Part shown: in pieces, positions 1 through 10,132 of the stretch | Layout of the letters: every line of letters begins with the position of its first letter | How positions within the stretch are numbered: the first letter of the stretch is position 1 | Source: Spirochaetota bacterium | GTDB lineage: Bacteria > Spirochaetota > Spirochaetia > Treponematales > UBA12059 | Assembly (NCBI GenBank): GCA_029547205.1 | Contig: JAKPPT010000068.1 | Span: 41,922-105,921 of the forward strand | Direction of reading: 5' to 3' | DNA length: 64,000 nt | Program-made: the position numbers and the translations under genes | Notes under the pieces: model-generated | Told to the model about the DNA's origin: nothing | Seen by the model: only the letters and a program-made list of their open reading frames with translations | Database searches by the model: none

Positions 1-678
1 CATCTCAAGCATCATGGTCAGGATACCTGGTACAATGAAGCAATAGCAATACTCACAGAAAAGGGATTTGATGTACATACTGTACTCTCTGAACAGGATA
101 CAACCACTCATGCACAGCATACAGCACACTCGCTGCATAGCCCTCACGAAGGGTGTCCAGGCGCTCGGTCATTTTCATTTAAGGCACAAGGTCTTTCATC
201 TGGATCGATGCAAGAGGGTCGACACACCATTCAAGGTCACCCTGCAGCATCTCACGCACCACAGATAAACGACGGCCAGACGGTAGCTCAAAACCGATAT
301 GGCTCTATGCTTGAACAGTGGCCCATACAGCTCCACCTCATCAACCCGCGGGCACCTTACTTTAAGGGACAGCACATCCTCATAGCTGCAGATTGTACAG
401 CATTTGCGTACGGAGCCTTCCATCCTGCTCTGCTCGCTGGCAAAAAGCTCATCATCGCTTGCCCCAAACTCGATGCAAATAAGGAAATCTATGTTGATAA
501 AATTGCTGCGCTCATCGACGATTCAGAAGTAGCGTCAATTACCGTTGCAATTATGGAAGTACCATGCTGTTCTGGTTTAGTTTCGCTGGTTAAACAAGCA
601 TTAGCTAAAACTGTACGAAAACCAGCTCTAATAACAGTCACAATAGGAATCAATGGTGATCTCATACATTGGACTTAG
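1..678 (+). CDS. Hypothetical protein, C-terminal part. The reading frame is open from the window edge and runs directly upstream of hcp.
   Basis: Frame 1 is uninterrupted from nt 1 to the stop at 678. The ORF track gives M208-678 in the same frame. No family was recognised. Confidence 0.5.
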   Translation, partial: HLKHHGQDTWYNEAIAILTEKGFDVHTVLSEQDTTTHAQHTAHSLHSPHEGCPGARSFSFKAQGLSSGSMQEGRHTIQGHPAASHAPQINDGQTVAQNRYGSMLEQWPIQLHLINPRAPYFKGQHILIAADCTAFAYGAFHPALLAGKKLIIACPKLDANKEIYVDKIAALIDDSEVASITVAIMEVPCCSGLVSLVKQALAKTVRKPALITVTIGINGDLIHWT

Positions 679-691
679 ATTTTGCTTTAAG

Positions 692-707
692 GTGAAATTG
701 TTTTCAC
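692..707. promoter_or_regulatory. Palindrome GTGAAA-N4-TTTCAC; candidate CRP/FNR-family (HcpR-like) operator upstream of hcp.
   Basis: A perfect 6-bp-arm inverted repeat lies 28 bp upstream of the hcp ATG and next to an AT-rich -10-like TAATAA (711-716). Confidence 0.35.
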
Positions 708-734
708 TTTTAATAAACTAATAAGGAGGAACGA

Positions 735-2426
735 ATGTTCTGTTATCAATGTCAAGAAGCAATGCAGGGGAAAGGTTGTGCCCTTGCAAAAGGTGTTTGT
801 GGCAAGCAGGATACAACCGCAGATTTGCAGGATCTTCTCACGCATACACTCAAAGGTATAGGTGCATGGGCAACAGAAGCAAGAAATCTGGGACTTGCCA
901 CGCCTGATGCAGACCGGTTTGTTGTAGAAAGCCTCTTTGCATCAATCACAAATGCAAACTTTGATGATGAGTGGTTCATCAACGCAATTAAGGAAGGGCT
1001 TGCTATTCGAACCAAACTGCGTGATGTAGTGCGAAGCAAGCGCGGAAGCAGAGAAGATGTTTCGTGTGCTGAAACTGGCTCCCAGACACCACGAGGAGGA
1101 GAAAAACCCATACTCTGCACCGATGCAGCACTCTGGAGTGCTGTCCCGCAAGACTTCGCAAGCAAGGCAAAAACAATTGGATTTCTCGCAGTTCAAAATG
1201 AAGATATTCGCTCGCTCATTGCTCTGTTAATCTTTGGGCTTCGCGGCATGGCAGCATATACTCACCACGCTATGGTACTTGGCTATACCGATGATACAAT
1301 CTTCGCATTTATGCATAAAGCGCTAGCAGCAACAACCGATCCCGCTATCACCGTAGATCAGCTTACAGCACTTGTTCTGGAATGCGGCACGATGGGTGTT
1401 ACTGCAATGGCTTTGCTTGACAAAGCAAACACCAGCACCTATGGTGAACCAGAAATAACAACTGTTGATATAGGTGTACGCAACAATCCTGGCATACTCA
1501 TTTCAGGCCACGATCTAAAAGATCTTGAAATGCTCCTAGAGCAGACAAAAGATCTTGGGATTGATATCTATACGCACAGCGAGATGCTGCCGGCCCACTA
1601 CTATCCTGCATTCAAGAAATATTCACACTTTGCAGGCAATTACGGCAATGCTTGGTGGAAACAGCGCGAAGAGTTTGAAAAGTTCAATGGACCTATTCTC
1701 ATGACAACAAACTGTCTTGTTCCTCCTGCCGATTCCTATAAAGATAGAGTGTATACAACCGGTATCGTGAGCTATCCAGGACTCAAACACATTGATGCCA
1801 ATACTAATGGTTATAAAGATTTTACACCTATTATTGAAGCAGCAAAACGATGTTTACCCCCGACACAGCTTGAAACGGGCAGCATTACTGGAGGCTTCGC
1901 TCACGGCCAGGTAATGAAACTAGCTGATAAAATAGTTGATGCTATAAAGTCTGGCAAAATCAAAAAGTTTGTTGTTATGGCCGGGTGTGACGGCAGAATG
2001 GCAAGCAGAAAATACTACGAAGAATTTGCACTCGCACTTCCAAAAGACACCGTAATACTAACTGCTGGATGTGCAAAGTACCGCTACAACAAACTCAACC
2101 TGGGGGATATCGATGGCATTCCTCGTGTACTCGATGCAGGTCAATGCAACGATTCATACTCGCTTGCTGTAACAGCACTCAAGCTTAAGGAAGTATTTGC
2201 ACTAGCCGATGTCAACGACCTCCCGCTTGTATTCAATATTGCCTGGTATGAGCAGAAAGCTGTCCTTGTACTCCTGGCACTCCTTGCGCTTGGGTTTAAA
2301 AACATTCATATCGGACCTACACTACCTGCATTCCTCTCCCCTGCTATCGCCAATGTACTTATAAAAACTTTCGGACTTGGCACGATTAGCAATGTACAAA
2401 ATGATATTACTCAGATGATTGGTTAA
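735..2426 (+). CDS. hcp: Hydroxylamine reductase / hybrid-cluster protein
   Basis: N-terminus MFCYQCQE...GKGCA is the Hcp cysteine motif. Length is 563 aa. RBS AAGGAGG lies 6 nt upstream. Confidence 0.95.
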   Translation: MFCYQCQEAMQGKGCALAKGVCGKQDTTADLQDLLTHTLKGIGAWATEARNLGLATPDADRFVVESLFASITNANFDDEWFINAIKEGLAIRTKLRDVVRSKRGSREDVSCAETGSQTPRGGEKPILCTDAALWSAVPQDFASKAKTIGFLAVQNEDIRSLIALLIFGLRGMAAYTHHAMVLGYTDDTIFAFMHKALAATTDPAITVDQLTALVLECGTMGVTAMALLDKANTSTYGEPEITTVDIGVRNNPGILISGHDLKDLEMLLEQTKDLGIDIYTHSEMLPAHYYPAFKKYSHFAGNYGNAWWKQREEFEKFNGPILMTTNCLVPPADSYKDRVYTTGIVSYPGLKHIDANTNGYKDFTPIIEAAKRCLPPTQLETGSITGGFAHGQVMKLADKIVDAIKSGKIKKFVVMAGCDGRMASRKYYEEFALALPKDTVILTAGCAKYRYNKLNLGDIDGIPRVLDAGQCNDSYSLAVTALKLKEVFALADVNDLPLVFNIAWYEQKAVLVLLALLALGFKNIHIGPTLPAFLSPAIANVLIKTFGLGTISNVQNDITQMIG

Positions 2427-2461
2427 TTGCTATTTACTGTAAGTACTATTTACTAATTAAC

Positions 2462-2494
2462 CTGGCTGCGGTGCTAATTCGCAGCCAGATTTTC
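2462..2494 (+). terminator. Rho-independent terminator after hcp
   Basis: 9-bp GC-rich stem CTGGCTGCG/CGCAGCCAG, 9-nt loop, followed by ATTTTC. Confidence 0.6.
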
Positions 2495-2569
2495 ATCTGC
2501 TATACAGTTGCTCTTGAATCTTTGATGTGAAAATAACTGAAAAATAGCTTTCTCAGTTTTAATTGGCAC

Positions 2570-3340
2570 CTATTTCATTTCTCCAATATCACTGATACAA
2601 CAGTCTTCCCATTTGGAACCTGGATACACGCTGACAATTTGAATTGCAACAAACCACTGCACAGTTAAGTCTTGAGCATTCATACCAGACACCTGTGTTT
2701 TTGGGACATTTGCTGGAGCTACAGGCAATGGAAGTTCCTGCCAGCCCATAGCATCCTTTAACTCAGTTTCTCTGACAGCATATGTTTTAACATTAATAAA
2801 AAAATCAAATGCCTCACCTAAATTTTTTCGTTCTGCTGCTAAAAGCCAGACTTTGATTTTTTTTGGTCTGGCATTTTTATTATAAAGATCCGCGTTTTTT
2901 TGGAAACCATTGCGTATGCCAATATTCTTTAATCCTGGTATTGGTGCTATGACAACTTCTCCTATACCTGTCCCTTTAACGCCTTCCACCCAGCATGTCT
3001 CTGGATTATTATCCCTGAGGCTTTGCGCAGAATACATGCTTGCCCAGTTTGCCAGCGCCCAGGCATATTCATACTCCGCTTGCATGTCAGCGTCTTCATC
3101 TCCAGTTGGTTCAGGCTTTACAGGAGGCTTTCCTTCCGCTTTCAAAAACGTTGATGACCACGCATCATTGTATTTACCGCCTCCATCGCAAAGCTCCGGT
3201 ATAACATAGCCAATTTTGATATTTCGCAAATCAGGATTTCCGTATGTTTTTGGCGGTTCAACTGTAGTAAATTGTCCATACAAAACAACTGCTATGCTGG
3301 TAAAAACTAATACCAATACAAGCAAACTTAATTTTTTCAT
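2570..3340 (-). CDS. Secreted hypothetical protein (signal peptide MKKLSLLVLVLVF...)
   Basis: 256-aa ORF starting at the internal Met, with a GAGGAGG RBS 5 nt upstream. The N-terminus is hydrophobic. No family recognised. Confidence 0.75.
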   Translation of the reverse strand: MKKLSLLVLVLVFTSIAVVLYGQFTTVEPPKTYGNPDLRNIKIGYVIPELCDGGGKYNDAWSSTFLKAEGKPPVKPEPTGDEDADMQAEYEYAWALANWASMYSAQSLRDNNPETCWVEGVKGTGIGEVVIAPIPGLKNIGIRNGFQKNADLYNKNARPKKIKVWLLAAERKNLGEAFDFFINVKTYAVRETELKDAMGWQELPLPVAPANVPKTQVSGMNAQDLTVQWFVAIQIVSVYPGSKWEDCCISDIGEMK

Positions 3341-3560
3341 ACACACCTCCTCATTCATTTTTAATAAAATTATCTTTTGCAATTACTAATTATAAAACCG
3401 CATTTTGCTATTGTCAAAGCTGGGTTTACACAACATCTGTTCTTAAGCACAAAAAAATAAACACGACAACTTGAAAATACTGAAGCGTGAATTATACTTA
3501 ATAATAAGCTTTACTATATACTTTTTATGCAGCATATTTTTTTTTAACAAGGAGGACACT

Positions 3561-4737
3561 TTGTCTAAAAAGTCATTATTTTTCTTTTTTTGTGCTGCTA
3601 TAAGCTTTTCAGTACATGCATAGAGTTTTAGTGGTTATGACGTACTGGTCATAACGGGTTCTGTTGATGGTGCCGGCACTGATGCAAATGTTTCAATCAA
3701 ACTGTATCGAATCGACAAATGGGCTCTTTGAAAACTCAAGCTGGGACACATTCCGACTGATGCCGCCTACTATAAATTCTTATGGGACATTACAAAAACT
3801 GCAAATTAAGCATGATAACAAAAACAATAGGCCAGGTTGGTTTCTCGGTGCGGTGGTTGTTTTTAACAGAAGTGCTGGAGAACAGGCTATGTTTTATGCA
3901 AACCGCTGGCTTGCCACTGGCGAAGGTGATAAAAAAATCGATAGTGCGCTCGATAAACTTCAAGCTGTTTACTATGCCTACAAGGCACCGTATGAACTAT
4001 CGTCTCCATGGCAGCATGAAACAGTTGGTGTTTCGAAAGGTAAAGCATGGGGCAATAAGTCAAGCGGAGCGCTTGGAATCTACTGTGATGTATGGGCAGG
4101 CAGCATTAAAGCTCTTGAACAATTGTGCACCATTTACGATGATATGAATCTGCTTGCCAATCTGGAAACCCTGGCAAATGCAAACATCGCAACCCGTATT
4201 GTTGATACATTTTCCTTTAACACCACAAACGGACGCAATACCGTACGAGTCGGACTGCGTTGTGATGCAAGCGGCATAGTAACCGGATCCGGCTTTGTCA
4301 TTGTTGGAGGAGCAGTAGCAGGCATCGACACAGTTGGTTTCTGCACACCGCCTTCCCAGCCTGTTCAGACACAAAACACTCAAGCAACCTATACAAAAAT
4401 TACAAAAACAGCAAATGATACCAGAGAGTATCCCATATACAACAGAAGCTGGGGCTGGCATCAAAGTCATACGTACGATCTTGGTTCACTACCAGCAATT
4501 CAATCACTTTCCGAAACTATAGTCGCAGGTCCATCGAAACAAAAAAATATAACCTATACAAGGCAGATTCGCATTTCAAACGATGGCACCAAATGGACAA
4601 CAATCTACACCTTCCATGTACCAGGCGGAACGTCGAGCAGTTTTTCGGTATCGGGAATTTCGGTTAATTGCCGCTATGTGCAAATTTTTACTAATGGTCA
4701 AGGATATGTTGATGACTCAACACTGACAGTAAATTAG
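3561..4737 (+). pseudogene. Disrupted gene for a secreted PLAT/LH2-domain protein: signal peptide, in-frame TAG, then a +1 frameshift inside the PLAT domain.
   Basis: GGAGG RBS plus TTG start at 3561 encode MSKKSLFFFFCAAISFSVHA, followed by a TAG stop at 3621. The same frame continues SFSGYDVLVITGSVDGAGTDANVSIKLYRIDKWAL (PLAT N-terminal consensus) to a stop at 3729. The PLAT domain then continues in frame +1 (LFENSSWDTF...LQIKHDNKNNRPGWFLGAVVV) as ORF 3664-4737. Confidence 0.55.
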
Positions 4738-4801
4738 CATGCAAAAAGAAACAGCATGATGATTTCATAGCAAGCTGCTATAAGTAAGAGGAGGAAACAC
4801 A

Positions 4802-5389
4802 ATGGATAATCAGACCTATCTCGATCCAGGGCTACCAGAAGGCCTTGAACTCAATAACACAGGAACAGGTATTGAAATTACCAGAAAATGGTTTTCTGTG
4901 CTGCATATTTTTACCGGGATTTTTGCACTAGTCTGGTGTGGGTTTCTTTTTTTCTGGTATAGCATTCTTGGTTCAATCGCTGCTCCGGGTGAAGAAACAT
5001 CCAATTTTCTTCTCATATTCTACTTATTTCCGCTCATCCACGTTGCTGTCGGAGTCTATTTACTCTACTACTCTCTCTGCGGTTTTTTCAACAAAACAAC
5101 GATCAGTGTCGATTGGGAAAACCTTCGCATTAAACATCATCCGCTTCCATGGCGGGGAAACAGAACCATTCCGCGCTCAGATATAAAACAGCTCTATGTC
5201 AAACGGCAGGAATCTCATTCAAGAAACGGAACAAGCGTTACGTATGACATAAATCTCATAACGCAGAGCGGCCGGGATATAAAACTACTTAAAGGACTTC
5301 CTGCTGATGAACAGGCTCGTTTCATCGAACGAGAAGTAGAAAAATATTTACACATCGAAAACGTACCAGTGCGGGGAGAATACTCATAA
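4802..5389 (+). CDS. Hypothetical membrane protein (two TM helices)
   Basis: 195-aa ORF with a strong RBS (AGAGGAGG) and two hydrophobic segments. Confidence 0.7.
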   Translation: MDNQTYLDPGLPEGLELNNTGTGIEITRKWFSVLHIFTGIFALVWCGFLFFWYSILGSIAAPGEETSNFLLIFYLFPLIHVAVGVYLLYYSLCGFFNKTTISVDWENLRIKHHPLPWRGNRTIPRSDIKQLYVKRQESHSRNGTSVTYDINLITQSGRDIKLLKGLPADEQARFIEREVEKYLHIENVPVRGEYS

Positions 5390-5522
5390 CGAGACAAACT
5401 ATATTGCGCGGCCTTGCAAATAACAATATTTTCTTATAGAGTAGATAACTACATATGGTGCTTCCTGCTGTTTCTTTAACTGCAGGTTTAGTATAATTCT
5501 CACTCTAAAAAAAGGATGTACT

Positions 5523-7091
5523 ATGAGAATCAAACTGCATCTTCCTAAAGACAGAATCGATTATGCCCGCCAGCTTGCTAAACAGATTGCTGCTCCTGTA
5601 GGGGCATTTATCGATGCTCACAGTTCAGTGACGGTTGAACGCGCTACGCTCCGACTGGCAGGAGCTGATGGTGCTAATGCCGATGGTGTACCCGTCCCCA
5701 ACCTCGTTGTGGATCAGGTTAAAGCTGCAGATCCAGCACTGCTCGAAGACGGTGTTATTATTCGATATATCAATGCACTCATTAAAACCGGTCTTTCTAC
5801 TCAGGAACTCAATAAAAAAATTGCAGAAGGTTTCAATGTTATGAGCCTTCCGTTAGGCGACCGCTCAGCAATTGAAGCAAAATGCAATGAACTAGTAGCA
5901 CAGGGTCTGGGGAAAATAAAAGACAACCGTGCATATCGAGACAAAAAGCTTGAAGAGTTTCATGACCGCAATAACAAACCACTTCTCTATCTTATCGTTG
6001 CTACTGGTAATATCTATGAAGATGTCAAACAGGCAAAGGCTGCAGCAAAACAGGGTGCTGATGTTATAGCTGTAATCCGCACAACCGCGCAAAGCTTGCT
6101 CGATTATGTTCCGTACGGAGCAACTACAGAAGGATTTGGCGGAACCTACGCAACGCAGGAAAACTTCCGAATCATGCGCGCTGCACTCGACGAGGTAACC
6201 GAGCAGGAAAAACGGTATATCATGCTCACCAACTATGCATCGGGTCTCTGTATGCCGGAAATTGCTGCAATGGGCGCTCTTGAACGGCTAGACATGATGC
6301 TCAATGACTCAATGTACGGCATCCTCTTCCGCGACATCAACATGTACCGTACTTTTGTTGACCAGAAGTTCAGCCGCATGATCAATGCATATGCTGGTAT
6401 CATTATTAATACCGGAGAGGACAACTACCTTACTACAAGCGATGCGTATGAAAAAGCATATACCGTACTGGCAAGCCAACTCTTGAATGAGCAGTTTGGA
6501 TTTATGGCAGGGCTTCCTGCGCGTCTTCTCGGATTAGGTCACGCTTTTGAAATGGATCCTTCCATTAAAAATGGATTCCTCTATGAGCTTGCCCAGGCTC
6601 AGATGGCGCGCGAAATTTTCCCAGAGCATCCGCTCAAGTACATGCCACCCACAAAGTTCATGTCAGGAGACATTTTCAAAGGCTTAGTCATGGACAGCAT
6701 GTTTAATTTTGTTTCTAAAGCTACGAATCAGGGTATTCATCTCCTTGGCATGCTCACCGAAGCTATTCACACACCATTTATGATGGACCGGTACATTGCC
6801 GTCGATAATGCAAAATACATTATGAACAATATTGAAGATTTTTATGACGATATAGAGTTTAGAAAAGATGGTATTATTGTACGCCGTGCGCATGAGGTGC
6901 TCGATAAGACAATAAAATTCCTTGAGGAAGTTCAGGCAATTGGTTTGTTTGATGCCATCGAACGCGGACTTTTTGCTGATGTAAAGCGTCCAAAGGATGG
7001 CGGAAAAGGATTTGAAGGGCTCATTAAGAAGGGGCCACAGTATTTTAATCCATTTGAAAAGCAGCTCAAACAAGAGCTCAACATAAAATAA
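5523..7091 (+). CDS. kamD: D-lysine/beta-lysine 5,6-aminomutase alpha subunit
   Basis: 522 aa. The N-terminal pattern ...SSVTVERATLRLAGADG...VPVPNLVVD matches the KamD family. A B12-binding partner is encoded immediately downstream. Confidence 0.85.
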   Translation: MRIKLHLPKDRIDYARQLAKQIAAPVGAFIDAHSSVTVERATLRLAGADGANADGVPVPNLVVDQVKAADPALLEDGVIIRYINALIKTGLSTQELNKKIAEGFNVMSLPLGDRSAIEAKCNELVAQGLGKIKDNRAYRDKKLEEFHDRNNKPLLYLIVATGNIYEDVKQAKAAAKQGADVIAVIRTTAQSLLDYVPYGATTEGFGGTYATQENFRIMRAALDEVTEQEKRYIMLTNYASGLCMPEIAAMGALERLDMMLNDSMYGILFRDINMYRTFVDQKFSRMINAYAGIIINTGEDNYLTTSDAYEKAYTVLASQLLNEQFGFMAGLPARLLGLGHAFEMDPSIKNGFLYELAQAQMAREIFPEHPLKYMPPTKFMSGDIFKGLVMDSMFNFVSKATNQGIHLLGMLTEAIHTPFMMDRYIAVDNAKYIMNNIEDFYDDIEFRKDGIIVRRAHEVLDKTIKFLEEVQAIGLFDAIERGLFADVKRPKDGGKGFEGLIKKGPQYFNPFEKQLKQELNIK

Positions 7092-7103
7092 GGGAGAAAC
7101 GAT

Positions 7104-7844
7104 ATGAAGCTCATAAGAACATATGGTGACACGCTTGATGACGGTAAAGTCCAGCTTTCGTTTACCCTCCCGGTGCCGGATGGAGCCCGCGGCAGAGAGG
7201 CTGCACGGAAACTTGTACTTGCATGGGGTTTCAAAGAATGCGAAGTAGTGCACTCTGCTCCGCTCTCAGAAGAATTTTCCTTTTATGTAGTGTATGGCAA
7301 ATCCGAAACCGCAATCGATTTTGATACAGTTGAAGCTGATGAAATCGATAAAGATGCCTCAATGAGCATGGATGAAGTCAATGAGTTTATCAGGCAGCAT
7401 ATAAAGCGCAAAGTTGTCGTTGTTGGTGCATGCACAGGCTTCGATGCACATACTGTAGGTATTGACGCCATTATGAACATGAAGGGTTATAACCACCACT
7501 ATGGACTCGAACGCTATCCCGAAATAGAAGCCTACAATCTTGGAGCACAGGTTCCCAATGAAAAGCTCATCGATTTTGCTGTAAAAGTTAAAGCTGATGC
7601 TATTCTCGTAAGCCAGGTAGTTACACAAAAAGATACACACATTCATAACATGACCGAATTTATAGAACTGCTTGAGGCAAAGAACCTGCGAGACAGGTTT
7701 ATCTGTATAGCCGGTGGTCCGCGCATCGGCAACAAGCTTGCTGTAGAGCTCGGATTTGATGCCGGTTTCGGTCGTGGCACATACGCTGATGATGTTGCCA
7801 CGTTTATTGTGAAAAAACTTGTAGAAAAAGCACAAGCTTCCTGA
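7104..7844 (+). CDS. kamE: D-lysine/beta-lysine 5,6-aminomutase beta subunit (B12/PLP-binding)
   Basis: YGDTLDDGKVQLSFTLP N-terminus; DxHxxG cobalamin motif (GFDAHTVGIDAIMNMKGY); 246 aa. Confidence 0.85.
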   Translation: MKLIRTYGDTLDDGKVQLSFTLPVPDGARGREAARKLVLAWGFKECEVVHSAPLSEEFSFYVVYGKSETAIDFDTVEADEIDKDASMSMDEVNEFIRQHIKRKVVVVGACTGFDAHTVGIDAIMNMKGYNHHYGLERYPEIEAYNLGAQVPNEKLIDFAVKVKADAILVSQVVTQKDTHIHNMTEFIELLEAKNLRDRFICIAGGPRIGNKLAVELGFDAGFGRGTYADDVATFIVKKLVEKAQAS

Positions 7845-7852
7845 CAAAATGC

Positions 7853-7881
7853 TTGACAAAAGTGCGATAAATCGGTATAGT
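7853..7881 (+). promoter_or_regulatory. Sigma-70 promoter for tRNA-Asp
   Basis: TTGACA (7853-7858), 17-bp spacer, TATAGT (7876-7881), about 20 bp upstream of the tRNA. Confidence 0.6.
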
Positions 7882-7901
7882 CCGTTACTGTCAACTGACA
7901 C

Positions 7902-7975
7902 GGGGGCGTAGCGAAGCTGGTTATCGCGCTGGCCTGTCAAGCCGGAGATCGCGGGTTCAAGCCCCGTCGCTCCCG
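7902..7975 (+). tRNA. tRNA-Asp (anticodon GTC)
   Basis: Cloverleaf folded by hand: acceptor GGGGGCG/CGCTCCC, D-stem GCGA/TCGC, anticodon loop CTGTCAA, T-loop TTCAAGC; 74 nt. Confidence 0.85.
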
Positions 7976-7976
7976 A

Positions 7977-8004
7977 AAGCCTGCTTCAAAAGCGGGCTTT
8001 TTTA
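7977..8004 (+). terminator. Hairpin plus T-tract after tRNA-Asp
   Basis: AAGCCTGC/GCGGGCTT stem, followed by TTTTTT. Confidence 0.5.
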
Positions 8005-8055
8005 TTATGACCACTAGCCTATAGTGGCCGATCATCATTCTGCAACATAGTCAAT

Positions 8056-8128
8056 CGGGTTGTAGCGCAGGGGCTAGCGCGCTTGGTTCGGGACCAAGAG
8101 GTCGTGGGTTCAATTCCCACCAGCCCGA
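8056..8128 (+). tRNA. tRNA-Pro (anticodon CGG)
   Basis: Acceptor CGGGTTG/CAGCCCG, D-stem GCGC/GCGC, anticodon stem CTTGG/CCAAG with loop TTCGGGA, T-loop TTCAATT; 73 nt. Confidence 0.85.
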
Positions 8129-8267
8129 TATTTAGCCATCACTTTCACTATAACTTCTCACAAGCTTTCATACATACTGATGAATCATTAATCACTGCAC
8201 AGCTCACACCATGTTCAAAGCGCTTTGGCCTTAACATGTTTTTCCGCTGGCGCTATGGTATCGAACT

Positions 8268-8287
8268 CAGTGTCATGAAGCTTGTTG
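8268..8287 (-). repeat. Reverse-orientation copy (CAACAAGCTTCATGACACTG); a weaker forward copy lies at 8159-8177
   Basis: Direct read. Confidence 0.75.
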
Positions 8288-8309
8288 CATAAAATTATCT
8301 CCACAACAT

Positions 8310-9608
8310 TTAATTTGTACGAGATACCGAGCGTTTCATTTCTTCTGCAACTTTAGCTAATTGTTCATGCATGTGCTTCATATCGCGAATAAAGATACCG
8401 CCAATTGTAACAAGAACAATGCCACAAATGGTCCAGAATGATACAGAAACGGCAAGAGAAATAGTGAGCGTTGTGGCTACGGAAATAAGACCTGCAACCC
8501 ATCTTCCGATACCATTACCCAATGAATCGGTAAGATTGAAGATTGAGAATATTGCTCCTCGCTTTTCTGGTGGGTTTACATCCATTAACATTGCGCGCAT
8601 ATTGGGACCTGTCATAGCTGCAAAAAATGCTGCTAAAAAGCCGCTTATCAACATGAGCGGCACGCTAAGATTGACCAATATTACTCCGAGGGTCACTATC
8701 ATACCGAACAATGTGGTAATACCGCAAAATACGGGAAGCATGCGATTGTTTTTTACAAACACAAGCTGACCAAGCTTTCCTCCGACAATGGTTCCAATAA
8801 CCATACCAATTCCAAACACTAAAAAGATAGTTGTGGCAACTTCAACCGAAAAATGTTTTTCGGTTTCGAGAAATTTATTGAGAAAGAAGAATGCCCCCCA
8901 GGGTATCGTTCCTGCAATGCCCTGAACAAAAAGCCACACATTGGTTGGTACTTTTACAAGGGTTGCGTAATCGGCAAGTTTGATTGTTTTAGGATACAGT
9001 ACACCTGCTGCAACAAGTTCCTTTGTTGCTTCCTCTGAAGCAGCTTTTTGCGGTTCTGGTACAAATACCATAAAAAGTAATACAAAAATAACATTTGGTA
9101 CTGATACCAAAATAAAAGGAAGCCTCCAGCCAAGACTGGGTCCTAAATATCCGCCAACCACTGTTCCGACAATGTTCCCGAGCCCAAACGATGTAGTAAG
9201 CACAGCTGTTGTAAACGGTCTTTCTTTTTCATCATATATATCACCCAGTATCGAAAACACGAGAGGAAATGCTGCGCCTACTCCAATACCGGTAAGAATG
9301 CGAAGTATATAGAACACAGTAAAATTAGGTGCCCAGTAGGTAAGCAGGCATGGTATTTCACCGATTGCAACCGAAAGGACAAAGAGCATTTTTCTGCTTG
9401 CCTTATCAACAAAATAGCCCCACAAGAGGGATACTGCTGCACCGACCAGTGTAAAGAGAGCCATCATATTCCCTATTGCATCATCATTGACACCAAAATC
9501 AGCTTCAATTCGAGAAAGCATGGGTGCCATAACATTACCATCTGCATTGAGTGTTATCATGACAAGAACCATTAACACTAAGAGCAATGTTTTTTGCTGT
9601 TTTGTCAT
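8310..9608 (-). CDS. MFS-family transporter
   Basis: 432 aa, about 12 TM segments, with typical MFS loop motifs. Confidence 0.8.
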   Translation of the reverse strand: MTKQQKTLLLVLMVLVMITLNADGNVMAPMLSRIEADFGVNDDAIGNMMALFTLVGAAVSLLWGYFVDKASRKMLFVLSVAIGEIPCLLTYWAPNFTVFYILRILTGIGVGAAFPLVFSILGDIYDEKERPFTTAVLTTSFGLGNIVGTVVGGYLGPSLGWRLPFILVSVPNVIFVLLFMVFVPEPQKAASEEATKELVAAGVLYPKTIKLADYATLVKVPTNVWLFVQGIAGTIPWGAFFFLNKFLETEKHFSVEVATTIFLVFGIGMVIGTIVGGKLGQLVFVKNNRMLPVFCGITTLFGMIVTLGVILVNLSVPLMLISGFLAAFFAAMTGPNMRAMLMDVNPPEKRGAIFSIFNLTDSLGNGIGRWVAGLISVATTLTISLAVSVSFWTICGIVLVTIGGIFIRDMKHMHEQLAKVAEEMKRSVSRTN

Positions 9609-9695
9609 AATTATCTACATTATCCTCCTTGCATATAACACATGTTGCAAAAAGTATAATTCAGCAAAGGTGGTCTGTCAAAATGCATAAACACT

Positions 9696-9727
9696 AAAAA
9701 AGGCTGTCTTACCGACAGCCTTTTTTC
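9696..9727. terminator. Bidirectional rho-independent terminator
   Basis: AAAAAA-GGCTGTC-ttacc-GACAGCC-TTTTTT, downstream of the minus-strand rhodanese gene. Confidence 0.65.
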
Positions 9728-9803
9728 AAACACGTTTATTCTTTGTTTCTACCGGGGTTATATTGCTGCGCTCTCTTCACATACCATATAGCGCTGCACT
9801 TTT

Positions 9804-10079
9804 TCACATACCGGGCATATCATAGAGACCGCCAGCATTGATGACATCCTTCCAGCCAGCCATTTTAAGTATTCTAGCAGCCATAGCACTCCGGGCACCG
9901 CTAGCGCAGTAAAGAACAACAGGCCTATCTTTAGGTTCCAATTTATTGAGCTGCTGCTGCAATACTCCTAAAGGAATGTTCACTGCACCGGGGAATGCTT
10001 CATCCATAAACTCGTCTTCGGTTCGGACATCAACCACAAGTGCACCTGCTTTAATTTTCTCTTCAATAACATTTGCCAT
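9804..10079 (-). CDS. Rhodanese-domain sulfurtransferase
   Basis: Active-site motif LYCASGARS. Start moved to the internal Met (MANVIE), which has a GAGGAG RBS. Confidence 0.8.
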   Translation of the reverse strand: MANVIEEKIKAGALVVDVRTEDEFMDEAFPGAVNIPLGVLQQQLNKLEPKDRPVVLYCASGARSAMAARILKMAGWKDVINAGGLYDMPGM

Positions 10080-10132
10080 AGTTAGCTCCTCTTTGTTAAT
10101 TTTTCTTGCCAAATCATCTGGTTTGTATTGAA

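Noticed and set aside
752-1196. Antisense ORFs of 137 and 84 aa inside hcp
   Set aside because: They lie opposite a highly conserved gene and have no RBS. They are frame artefacts.
4060-4522. Cys-rich 136-aa antisense ORF and small sense ORFs
   Set aside because: They are embedded within, or antisense to, the PLAT-gene reading frame. No support.
8083-8292. 69-aa ORF
   Set aside because: It overlaps tRNA-Pro and the repeat-containing spacer; spurious.
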